This document shows positions 10,060 to 18,710 of a stretch of 64,000 nucleotides of DNA, piece after piece; positions within the stretch are counted from its first letter, which is position 1; each line of letters opens with the position of its first letter. Below the pieces are notes generated by a model. It was given only the letters and a program-made list of their open reading frames with translations. It made no database searches and was not told the origin of the DNA. The stretch spans positions 1,536,001 through 1,600,000 of the forward strand of contig OZ243972.1 in the NCBI GenBank assembly GCA_965214705.1, given 5' to 3'. This stretch comes from Alphaproteobacteria bacterium (GTDB taxonomy: Bacteria > Pseudomonadota > Alphaproteobacteria > UBA828). Made by a program: the position numbers and the translations under genes.

Positions 10060-11136
10060 TCAAGCGGCCCGCTTGACCTCGACCTCGACGAGCGATTCCT
10101 GATCGCGTTGATCGTCGAGCGTGAGGGTGTCCTCGATGGTCTCGACGGTCTCCATCGGTGCCTTGGGTCGCCCACGACGAGGCTGCGTCGTGCCGGGCAC
10201 GAGGTCGCTCATCCTGCATCGGCGTCCGGTCATGCCCTTCGCCAGCTCGCCCATCGCGTCGATGGTGTCGAGTTCGCGAGCGTTGTGCCGGCCGGCGAAC
10301 TCCCGAACGTACCGGTCCAGGTGCCGCTGACTCAGGTGGTGGAACGTTCCCTGGTACCCGCGCTTGAGTTGCGCCCAGAAGGACTCGATCCCGTTGGTGT
10401 GCGCCATCCCGCGGACGTACTCGCCGGCGTTGTGGTCCACCGCCTCGTGCCGCTGCGGGATGCCACCGTAGGCCCGCGCGCCGTCCGTGTACACGGTGGC
10501 GTCCTCGCTCGCCGCCTCCGCCACGAAGCCGTGCAGGGTCTTCCTGTCGGTGGACTCCACGACCCTTGCGCGCACCTTCCCGTCGTCCCTGCCACGCGCG
10601 CCCGCGACGACGGCCTTGCCGCCCGCGCCGCTGCCGTAGCGTTCCCGAAGTTCCCTACGCTTCCCGGCGCGCATGTTCTTGCGCTTACCGCCGACGAACG
10701 TCTCGTCCACCTCGACCCCGCCCTCGAACGCCTCGCGCTCGCGGTCTCCCCACGCCTCGCGCAGTCGGTGCCCGAGGTGCCAGGCGTGCTTCTGGGTGAT
10801 GCCGAGGTCGCGGTGCAGCTTCATGCTGGACACACCCTTGAGACTGGCGACGTGCAGGTAGGTCGCCAGCGCCCAGACGCGGTAGCCCAGCTTGCTCGAC
10901 CGCATGACGGTGCCCGTCCTGAGCGAGAACATCGGGCGCTTGGGACAGGCGCGACAGCGGTGGGTCATGGACGGGTGCCTGACCTCGACCACGTTGTCGC
11001 CGCCGCAGCGCGGACCGTTCGGCCAGTAGACGCTCTCGAACCACCGTTCGGCGGTCGCGTCGTCGGGGAACGCCTCGATCACCTCGACGAGGCTCATGCC
11101 CCTGCGGTGCGCCCTCCCGGGCGCTTTTCCTGCCAT
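10060..11136 (-). CDS. IS1595-family (ISXO2-like) DDE transposase
   Basis: VSSMKLHRDLGITQKHAW, VEVDETFVGG, VYTDG, HTNGIESFW, RYVREF..RHN. Confidence 0.93.
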   Translation of the reverse strand: MAGKAPGRAHRRGMSLVEVIEAFPDDATAERWFESVYWPNGPRCGGDNVVEVRHPSMTHRCRACPKRPMFSLRTGTVMRSSKLGYRVWALATYLHVASLKGVSSMKLHRDLGITQKHAWHLGHRLREAWGDREREAFEGGVEVDETFVGGKRKNMRAGKRRELRERYGSGAGGKAVVAGARGRDDGKVRARVVESTDRKTLHGFVAEAASEDATVYTDGARAYGGIPQRHEAVDHNAGEYVRGMAHTNGIESFWAQLKRGYQGTFHHLSQRHLDRYVREFAGRHNARELDTIDAMGELAKGMTGRRCRMSDLVPGTTQPRRGRPKAPMETVETIEDTLTLDDQRDQESLVEVEVKRAA

Positions 11137-11153
11137 GACGAACCCTCCGTATG

Positions 11154-11192
11154 ATGTTATGACAGTATAACATATCTTTGAGAGAAAGTCAA
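11154..11192 (-). promoter_or_regulatory. sigma70 promoter of the transposase with an overlapping palindrome
   Basis: TTGACT-17-TATACT on the minus strand; ATGTTAT-N6-ATAACAT inverted repeat over the -10 box. Confidence 0.7.
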
Positions 11193-11248
11193 GGAAATCA
11201 GTGCGTTATTGGTTGACAACCCGCGTCGAACGGTTACGATGGACTCAT

Positions 11249-11330
11249 GGTGTCGGTCGGATCATTACTCCTTTCCGGAGGAAGGCGTTAGGTTACCTTG
11301 TTCTCCGGTCGTGACTCTCCAACCGGCACC
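11249..11330 (+). ncRNA. putative small hairpin RNA with an internal bubble
   Basis: GGTGTCGGTCGGA/TCCAACCGGCACC outer stem and CCGGAGGAAGG/CCTTGTTCTCCGG inner stem, downstream of TTGACA-16-TACGAT. Confidence 0.45.
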
Positions 11331-11423
11331 TCCCACGTGGAGACGTCGGGATCGAACGTCAAGCGACGGTCGTCATATCGTTTGAGACTAAAAACGACGA
11401 AATCGAGCAATCAGGAAGTCGTT

Positions 11424-11624
11424 GTGACTGATCGGAGGTCGCCGTCCTGCGGATCGTGCCGTCACTGGCTACGGGTGAACGAGGATAACGGGCAGTGCCG
11501 TCACGGTGAACCGATCGATGAGTGACCGGTCACCTGTCGGGACGACCTGTGCGGGGAGTACTCGGGACGGTGGCTGGACGAACCGGACGCCGTCAACGTT
11601 GACCGGGTCTGGCGGGGGGTCTAG
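11424..11624 (+). pseudogene. phage-type Cys-rich small protein with an in-frame TGA
   Basis: CGSCRHW...GQCRHGEPIDE*PVTCRDDLCGEY; the TGA (11523-11525) sits where this motif family normally has Trp. Confidence 0.55.
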
Positions 11625-11629
11625 GGTAT

Positions 11630-11728
11630 GAGCGGTGGCGTCGAGGGCTCGCGGTCGGCGCGCCGGACGGGTACCGTAAGTCGTGCGACGGTCCCGGCCG
11701 TCGTCCAAGACCCTCGGCGTCACTGCTC
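11630..11728 (+). ncRNA. putative multi-branched structured RNA
   Basis: 18-bp closing stem with 3 G-U pairs on the plus strand, enclosing three hairpins. TTGACC-17-TAGGGT upstream; TATAAATA on the opposite strand 5 nt beyond its end. Confidence 0.55.
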
Positions 11729-11798
11729 GTCTCTATTTATAGATCGATTCGAGGGTCGCGGTTACCTTCGGATATAAACCCCATTTATCCTCTCTGTA

Positions 11799-11874
11799 TC
11801 GACATGTTGGAATGAGGTGTCGATGAGATCGACATGTTCGGAACACGTGTCGAGAAAAGTAGGATACATCGACA
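11799..11874. promoter_or_regulatory. tandem palindromic operators upstream of fic
   Basis: TCGACA-N13-TGTCGA at 11799-11823 and 11829-11853, plus a half site at 11869. Confidence 0.6.
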
Positions 11875-12959
11875 TGGTGTTCGATCCCAATCGCCCCTTC
11901 AATGACCTTCCGAACCTGCCGCCGGCTTCGGAAACCGAGACGAAGGCCATTCTTCGCAGCTGCATTGCCGCGCGAACGGCGCTGGCGGAGCTCCGCGTCT
12001 CCGGGAATCTCATCCCGAACCAGGCGATGCTGATCAACTCGATCCCCCTGCTCGAAGCGCAGGCGAGTTCCGAGATCGAGAACATCGTCACGACGGCCGA
12101 CCGGCTGTTCCGCTATGCCAGCGACGCGACGGGTCGAGCCGACCCTGCCACCAAAGAGGCTCTGCGCTACCGCACCGCATTGCACCGCGGATTCGAGATA
12201 CTGAACCGACGGCCGGTTTCGACCTCCGTCGCGGTCGAGGTCTGTCGAACGATCAAGGGAGTGGAGCTGGACGTTCGCAACACGCCGGGAACGGCGCTGG
12301 TGAACGACGCAACCGACGAGGTCATCTACACGCCGCCGGAGGGAGAGGACGTTCTCCGGAGCAAGCTTGCCAACTGGGAGCGCTACATTCACGAGGCCGA
12401 GGAGATCGACCCGCTGATCCGGCTTGCGGTCATGCATTATCAGTTCGAGGCGATCCACCCGTTCGTCGACGGAAACGGCCGGACCGGACGCGTGCTGAAC
12501 CTGCTCTATCTCGTCGACAAGGGTTTGCTCGATATTCCCGTCCTTTATCTCAGCCGGCACATCATCCGGAACAAGGCGCTGTACTACCGGTATCTGCTGG
12601 AGGTGACGACCCGACAGGACTGGGAAGCATGGATACTCTTCATTCTTGAAGCCGTCAGAACGACGGCGGAATGGACGACGGCGAAGATCCGTGCGATCCG
12701 AGAGCTTCTCGACGAGACGGGCACTGCCATTCGGCAGAGGATGCCGAAGATCTACTCCCGGGAGTTGGCGGAACTGATCTTCGTGCATCCCTACTGCCGG
12801 ATCGGCGATGTGGTCAAAGCGGATATCGCCAAGCGCCAGACGGCCGCCGTCTATCTGAAAGCGCTCGCAGCCGAAGGCCTCCTGGAGGAGATCAAGGCGG
12901 GGCGCGAGAACCTCTACATCAACCCGCCGCTCCTGGCGCTTCTGGCCGAGCGCGCATGA
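11874..12959 (+). CDS. fic: Fic family adenylyltransferase
   Basis: EAQASSEIEN inhibitory motif, HPFVDGNGRTGR catalytic motif, C-terminal HTH-like segment. Confidence 0.92.
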   Translation: MVFDPNRPFNDLPNLPPASETETKAILRSCIAARTALAELRVSGNLIPNQAMLINSIPLLEAQASSEIENIVTTADRLFRYASDATGRADPATKEALRYRTALHRGFEILNRRPVSTSVAVEVCRTIKGVELDVRNTPGTALVNDATDEVIYTPPEGEDVLRSKLANWERYIHEAEEIDPLIRLAVMHYQFEAIHPFVDGNGRTGRVLNLLYLVDKGLLDIPVLYLSRHIIRNKALYYRYLLEVTTRQDWEAWILFILEAVRTTAEWTTAKIRAIRELLDETGTAIRQRMPKIYSRELAELIFVHPYCRIGDVVKADIAKRQTAAVYLKALAAEGLLEEIKAGRENLYINPPLLALLAERA

Positions 12960-13041
12960 CGAGAAGGGAAAGGATGCGTACCGGCTACTCAACGATTTGC
13001 GTTTTCGATGATCGGTCCAAGATGGACCGAGTAAAGCCCTG

Positions 13042-13824
13042 ATGATTGACATGACACGCGCGAATCAAAAGCTCGATGAGAGACGCTTCGCCGAGGAGAC
13101 AGCGCGTCTCCTGGGCACGGAGTGGAATCTGGTGACTCGCGAAGACGAATCGGACGGTGGCCCGGACTTCATCGTCTATGATGGAACAAAGAAGTTTGGA
13201 CTCGAAGTCCTGGAACTCTTCAAGGGTAAGGTCAATGGTGCAGATGGTGCAACGCTCAAGAGCGAACAGTCGCTGACACAGCAAGTCATTGATCGCATAC
13301 GTCAGCGGTATGAAGAACTCGAACGAAATGTACCTTTGTACGTGAAATTCCTGGGTGACGTCAGGGAAGAACATTCCAACTCTATAATCCAGACGCTCAT
13401 TGATATGGGATTACGAGAAAAGGAATTTCCATATCACGAAGATCATGTGTTGCGACAAGACTCTGACTCGTTAAAGATTTTTGTCTCTCGATTGCCGGCC
13501 GGCTGGCCCGCCGATCGGCTATTGCGTCCAGATTGGTTCAGCATTTCAGACTCGGGTGGCTGGGTGGATACGAGTGCGCACATGATTCCGCTGGCGGTCA
13601 AGGTCAAGTCCAAGAAGATCGACAAGTACAGACAAAATGTCGCGAAGGAAATGGGTTTTCACCGTCTCGACGATGCAGATGTACGGCTTCTGCTGGTTGC
13701 GGATCGCATGTGGAAGTATGGTCAGATTTCGCCGGATCGCGAGACGATACAAGATTTGCACGGCTTCACCGCAGTGTATTTCCTCTCTTTCCCCGAGAAA
13801 GCGGCCATTCTTCAGGTCGAGTGA
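13042..13824 (+). CDS. hypothetical protein, probable PD-(D/E)xK nuclease fold
   Basis: ESDGGPDF...FGLEVLELF; markedly lower GC than its surroundings. Confidence 0.6.
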   Translation: MIDMTRANQKLDERRFAEETARLLGTEWNLVTREDESDGGPDFIVYDGTKKFGLEVLELFKGKVNGADGATLKSEQSLTQQVIDRIRQRYEELERNVPLYVKFLGDVREEHSNSIIQTLIDMGLREKEFPYHEDHVLRQDSDSLKIFVSRLPAGWPADRLLRPDWFSISDSGGWVDTSAHMIPLAVKVKSKKIDKYRQNVAKEMGFHRLDDADVRLLLVADRMWKYGQISPDRETIQDLHGFTAVYFLSFPEKAAILQVE

Positions 13825-14011
13825 CCGCTGCATCCATGTAAGCTTCGGCCTGGATTATGGTGCGTCGTCAAAGAGCGGAAGAGATCTTTGCCGTTCAGGA
13901 TAGGATGTTGTCCTATAACCGTAGCTCCCCAAAAGTAACTGCCCAGGTCTGATTTCGCCGAGCATTGGGACGTGAGGGATTGTGGCGATCCGGCTTGGCG
14001 CCTGCGGATTT

Positions 14012-15567
14012 TCAGGTGCGCAGTTGCGGGACCAGTTGCATCGGGTCGGGATGGGCCAGGGTTTCGAGGACGTTCCAGCCTTGCTTTCGAGCGGTGGCTA
14101 TGACGGCACGCAGGATGGCGAAGTCGTAGGCGCCCTGCAGGGTTCGGAAGCAGCCTGATATTTTCTGTCGCAGCTTGGCCATTCGGAGATCTCGCTCGGC
14201 CTCGTTGTTTGTGAACGGGGTGCGCGGGTCCGTGAGGAAGCGCAGGCACCCCTCCTTGTTCTTCTGGAGCCGGCGCGCGAGATTGTGACCGGTTCGGCGC
14301 TTTTTCGCCCGCGCTTCTTGGTCTGGAGCGGCGGCTGCGCTTCGTGGAAGGCGATGGCGCGGTTGAGGGTTCGATCCCAGGCCCGGGAGATTTGGGCGAC
14401 CAGGGAGGCGGGCACGTCGCGGTCATTCTCACGGGCGAAGTGGGCGACCCTGCGGGCGCGCAAGAGGAGGCGGTGCATACTCGTTGCCCATTCCTCCTTC
14501 TCGATGTCGATCAGGGCCTGGAGTTCGCGCAGGTGATGTGCGTTGCAGGCACCGTGGCGGACGCCCTTGATGGTGAAGTAGGGGGCGAAGTCGTCGTGGA
14601 CGAGGATGCCTTGGAGGTTCTTTTCGACATCGCCGCGTCCCTCGCCGATGCGCAGGACGGTGAGCAACGGGGTGCACAGCACGTGGAGCCATCGGGTACG
14701 GGCGGCGATACGCAGGCCGGTCTCGTCGAGGTGCTTGACCGGCGCCTGCGTGCGGATCGGATCGGCGACGTGGTCGAGGAAGCCCTCGAAGCGTTGCGCT
14801 GTGCGCCGGCCCATGGCGGCGATCGTGGCAGTGGAGATGGATACCGCGAAGATGTCGCTCATGAGTTCGGCCAGACGCTTCTCTGGCACGAACTGGGCGT
14901 AGAGCAGGTAGCTCACCCAAGCGGTGATGCGAGGGCCGTACTGGACCGGGGCGGTGACGCCCGGCGGGAAGGCGGCTCGTGTCAGCGTGGCGCATGCGCC
15001 GCAGAGGCAGCGATGGGCGCGGTGTTCGGTGACCTCGAGAGGCTGCGGCTCGGGTACATCGAAGACCTGCCGACAGGCGGGCGCGCCCTGCCGGTCGGCG
15101 TCCGAGAGCTCAGCGCCACAGCCGGATACCCGGAACAAGTCCGGGCAGGCGGGAGGGTGGTGATCGACGACACGGTCCGGGCTGTCGCTCTGGGCAAGTG
15201 TGGTTCCTTTGTGGCCGGGCTGGCCGCCGCTGGGCCTGCCGGACTTTCCGCGCTGGCTTTGGGTGCGCCTCTGGGCACCGTTTTTCTTCTTGAGCCCGTC
15301 GCTGGCGGGGGGCTTGCTGCTTGTGGTGCTGTCGAGGGCCGCGCTGCGCTCGAGTTCGGCGATGCGCTCGCGCAGGGCCGCGTTCTCCCGCTCGAGTGCG
15401 GCATTTTCCCGGACCAGCGCGGCGGCCAATCGCAGCAGCCCCTGGCCCCATTCCCGAACGGCAACGGTGACAGTGGTTGCGAGGGATGATGGCTCGAGAA
15501 GCTCTTTCAGGCAGGAGAAGGCCTCGTCACGGGCGGCGAGGTCCTCGTGCCAGTGCGACACCGTCAC
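14012..15567 (-). pseudogene. IS66 transposase, frameshifted at an A5 run (copy 1)
   Basis: Mirror of copy 2; HLDETG, CNAHHLREL, and PFTNNEAERDLR in the shifted frame. Confidence 0.85.
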
Positions 15568-16244
15568 GTGTTTTCGGCCTCGACGGCCATCATGGCGGCG
15601 AGCACGGCGAGGCGTTCGCCCGGCGGCAAGGCCCGGTGGCGTCGGCCCCAGTTGGCTGCCTTGCGCTTGATGCGCTGGCGGTCGGTGAAGTTCCGGCCTG
15701 CGTGGCTGGCCCAATGCACCCGGTCGGGGGCGAAGTTGAACCAGACGACCTCGGTCCGCACCAGACCCTGGGTCGTGACCTGCAGCGCCAGCCGGCGCCA
15801 TCCCGCCAGCACCTCGTCATAGAGCGCCGACGGATGGCCCGAGATCATGACCTGGCAGGGCAGAGCCTTGAGCAGTTTGAGAAGCGCGACGTGGTCGGCC
15901 TCCTCGTACTCGAAGCGGTAGCGCTGCGAGGAGCGGCGGGTCGCGTGCAGATAGGGTGGATCGCTGTAAACCAGCTCCGGGCCCAGGAACGGGAACGAGG
16001 CCAGGAACTCATGGGCACAGCCGTGCACCAGATCGACCGGGTAATCGCAGACGAAGGCCTCAAGCGCCTGCGCATCGCGGTCGATGCCGATCGAGCGCAC
16101 GGCCGCCGGCTTGCGCCTCATCAGCGCCCCGCCCCCAAGGTGGCTTTCGATGTAGACGGAGTGCGGCGGCATCAGCGCAATCAGCGCCTGGCACAGACCA
16201 GCCGTCGCCTTCGAACCGAAATACCCCATCGACTCCCCCGTCAC
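15564..16244 (-). CDS. DNA adenine methyltransferase (Dam/D12-like), copy 1
   Basis: YFGSK, YIESHLGGGA (SAM binding), YSDPPY. Confidence 0.88.
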   Translation of the reverse strand: MTGESMGYFGSKATAGLCQALIALMPPHSVYIESHLGGGALMRRKPAAVRSIGIDRDAQALEAFVCDYPVDLVHGCAHEFLASFPFLGPELVYSDPPYLHATRRSSQRYRFEYEEADHVALLKLLKALPCQVMISGHPSALYDEVLAGWRRLALQVTTQGLVRTEVVWFNFAPDRVHWASHAGRNFTDRQRIKRKAANWGRRHRALPPGERLAVLAAMMAVEAENT

Positions 16245-16589
16245 GCGAGAGGCAGTCCATAGTCCCGCAACTCTATAAGGTCAAGAGCCAATCACGGTGC
16301 CAGAACCAGACCCCCGCAGGGCTGATTTATTCATTCGAGAAATCTTCATAAAATCAACCGATTACCGTGAACGGCATCTTCTCTTCAAGAACCGACGCGC
16401 TCGTCCGAAAGCTGCTGTTGGATCAATGCAGTACCTGGATGGGGCTTCGATCTCAGCACCGAGAACGAATTTGCCGTGCAGACCCCCGCCACCGCTATAA
16501 TCACCGGCGGCAACTCAGGATCGGGGTACCTGGGTAGTTACCCCCAAAAAAGGTTGTGGTGTATTCCACCGTCTGACGGAGGAATGCAG

Positions 16590-16637
16590 ATGAGCGGCAA
16601 GCGACGCAGGTTTTCGGGGGAGCTGAAGGCGAAGTGA
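16590..16637 (+). pseudogene. IS3-family OrfA N-terminal remnant
   Basis: RBS GGAGG followed by MSGKRRRFSGELKAK*; the putative left end lies near 13906 on the other side of the IS66. Confidence 0.5.
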
Positions 16638-16699
16638 GGCCACCTCACCTGACCAGGATCGGTCTTGTTCCCGTCGGCGCTATCGCGGGCCGCGCTTCT

Positions 16700-16935
16700 T
16701 CGAGGCCACGCGTCACGCCGGGTGCCAGGCCTGGGGCATCTGCAACCACATGTACTTGTCGAACTGCCACGACGCTTCCCGGGAGGAGTACCGCGCTCTC
16801 AACGGGGACGTGATGCTGTGGTGCCTGAGCTTCGAGCGCATCGTCGAGATCACCGGGCCGGACGCATCGGACTTCACCAACCGGCTGCCCCCGCGACCTT
16901 ACCAAGTGCGCCCTCGGGCAAAGCAAGTACGTGCC
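16700..16935 (+). pseudogene. GcvT/DmdA-like aminomethyltransferase fragment
   Basis: NHMYL...EEYRALNGDVMLW...ERIVEITGPDASDFTNRL; degenerate. Confidence 0.55.
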
Positions 16936-17211
16936 GATCGCTTTCGCCTTTCTTGTCGGCGAATTGGAAGATGATCGACCGGGCGATGTCTGGCTCTCCT
17001 ATTACAAGGATCTGCGGCCCGAAGGCGGGCGCCTGAAACCGGGCTATGGCCCAGGCGGTCCGCCGGTGCTCAACGGAGCGAGTGTTGTGGAGCTTGTCGC
17101 ACATATGCTCGAGCACCACTGCATCGATCCCGGCATCGTCAAGGCTAGACTGACTGTTCGGCTCGACTGATCGGGCCAAATCCGCTCATCTCTGCTGCAT
17201 ATAGCCGGGTG

Positions 17212-17712
17212 CTACGAGTTCTCTTCTTCATCGAGTGCATCGAAAGAGAAATAGGCGTCAGCGTAGCGCAACGCATTCCAGGCGCTTTCGGCGCGCTCGG
17301 TTAACCCCTTCAACTCCGTGACGGGCATGAGAAATGCCTTTCGGTCCGTCAAAATCTCGTAGCTACCCTCAAATGGATTCTGGTGGAAGTGCCCGTGCGC
17401 CAAATCGTTTCGGCGGCCAGCGAGGTGACGGAGTTCCCCAATCACGACTTCCCGCAACGCTCGCGGATGCGCCAGGGAAATCAGTTCCAGAGTGATTAGC
17501 TTCCTTTGGAACGAATCGCCCCGTACACGCTTCAGGAGGTCCTTCCTTTCTGCTCTCTCCAAAGCCAGAAAGATTATGTCGCTCACGATGTTCTCGACTT
17601 GAGTAAAGGCCACGAGAAACGCGCCGAGCGCGGCCTCGTAGTCTTTCTGAATCTGGGGATCGGCGGCGGGAATGTCGTCCCAGCCGGGAGGCATGTGGCT
17701 CTTTTGGTCCAT
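17212..17712 (-). CDS. hypothetical protein with HEPN-like Rx4H motif
   Basis: LGAFLVAFTQVE N-terminal helix and RNDLAHG. Confidence 0.6.
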   Translation of the reverse strand: MDQKSHMPPGWDDIPAADPQIQKDYEAALGAFLVAFTQVENIVSDIIFLALERAERKDLLKRVRGDSFQRKLITLELISLAHPRALREVVIGELRHLAGRRNDLAHGHFHQNPFEGSYEILTDRKAFLMPVTELKGLTERAESAWNALRYADAYFSFDALDEEENS

Positions 17713-18029
17713 GGCGTCGTTTCCCTGGGAGACTTTGTGCAGCAATCCTCACGAAGTCGGCGACCAGGCAGTGTCAAGAGTTAAGAAGCACCCTCACTTC
17801 GGAAATCCGCGGGAGCAACATGATCGATATCCATCCCAGCACTGCCACACTCGGTAAAGCACCCTGGGCCAGCCGGTGGTGCTCGGTCGTTCAGCTGCCC
17901 AAGTGTAACTACCCAGGTACCCCGATCCTGAGTTGCCGCCGGTGATTATAGCGGTGGCGGGGGTCTGGTTCTGGCACCGTGATTGGCTCTTGACCTTATA
18001 GAGTTGCGGGACTATGGACTGCCTCTCGC

Positions 18030-18710
18030 GTGACGGGGGAGTCGATGGGGTATTTCGGTTCGAAGGCGACGGCTGGTCTGTGCCAGGCGCTGATTGCGCT
18101 GATGCCGCCGCACTCCGTCTACATCGAAAGCCACCTTGGGGGCGGGGCGCTGATGAGGCGCAAGCCGGCGGCCGTGCGCTCGATCGGCATCGACCGCGAT
18201 GCGCAGGCGCTTGAGGCCTTCGTCTGCGATTACCCGGTCGATCTGGTGCACGGCTGTGCCCATGAGTTCCTGGCCTCGTTCCCGTTCCTGGGCCCGGAGC
18301 TGGTTTACAGCGATCCACCCTATCTGCACGCGACCCGCCGCTCCTCGCAGCGCTACCGCTTCGAGTACGAGGAGGCCGACCACGTCGCGCTTCTCAAACT
18401 GCTCAAGGCTCTGCCCTGCCAGGTCATGATCTCGGGCCATCCGTCGGCGCTCTATGACGAGGTGCTGGCGGGATGGCGCCGGCTGGCGCTGCAGGTCACG
18501 ACCCAGGGTCTGGTGCGGACCGAGGTCGTCTGGTTCAACTTCGCCCCCGACCGGGTGCATTGGGCCAGCCACGCAGGCCGGAACTTCACCGACCGCCAGC
18601 GCATCAAGCGCAAGGCAGCCAACTGGGGCCGACGCCACCGGGCCTTGCCGCCGGGCGAACGCCTCGCCGTGCTCGCCGCCATGATGGCCGTCGAGGCCGA
18701 AAACACGTGA
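18030..18710 (+). CDS. DNA adenine methyltransferase (Dam/D12-like), copy 2
   Basis: Identical protein to 15564-16244; its TGA overlaps the GTG of the transposase. Confidence 0.88.
   Translation: MTGESMGYFGSKATAGLCQALIALMPPHSVYIESHLGGGALMRRKPAAVRSIGIDRDAQALEAFVCDYPVDLVHGCAHEFLASFPFLGPELVYSDPPYLHATRRSSQRYRFEYEEADHVALLKLLKALPCQVMISGHPSALYDEVLAGWRRLALQVTTQGLVRTEVVWFNFAPDRVHWASHAGRNFTDRQRIKRKAANWGRRHRALPPGERLAVLAAMMAVEAENT

Larger units (their letters stand above)
8633..11782 (-). mobile_element. IS1595-family transposon with passenger genes and RNAs
   Basis: Perfect 30-bp IRs GGGGTTTATATCCGAAGGTAACCGCGACCC (8633-8662 and 11753-11782) enclosing an ISXO2-type transposase. The flanks differ, so no TSD. 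Confidence 0.9.
13935..16541 (-). mobile_element. IS66-family element (single-transposase type) carrying a DNA methyltransferase, copy 1
   Basis: Ends GTAACTGCCCAGGT / ACCTGGGTAGTTAC; 8-bp TSD CCCCAAAA; inserted into the left end of an IS3-like remnant. Confidence 0.9.

Noticed and set aside
11799-11880. Short repeats as a possible mini-CRISPR
   Set aside because: Only two and a half palindromic units, spacers too short and no cas genes; fits an operator better.
18473-18706. N-terminal extension of the IS66 transposase ORF
   Set aside because: It overlaps the methyltransferase in another frame; the coupled GTG at 18707 is the likely start.
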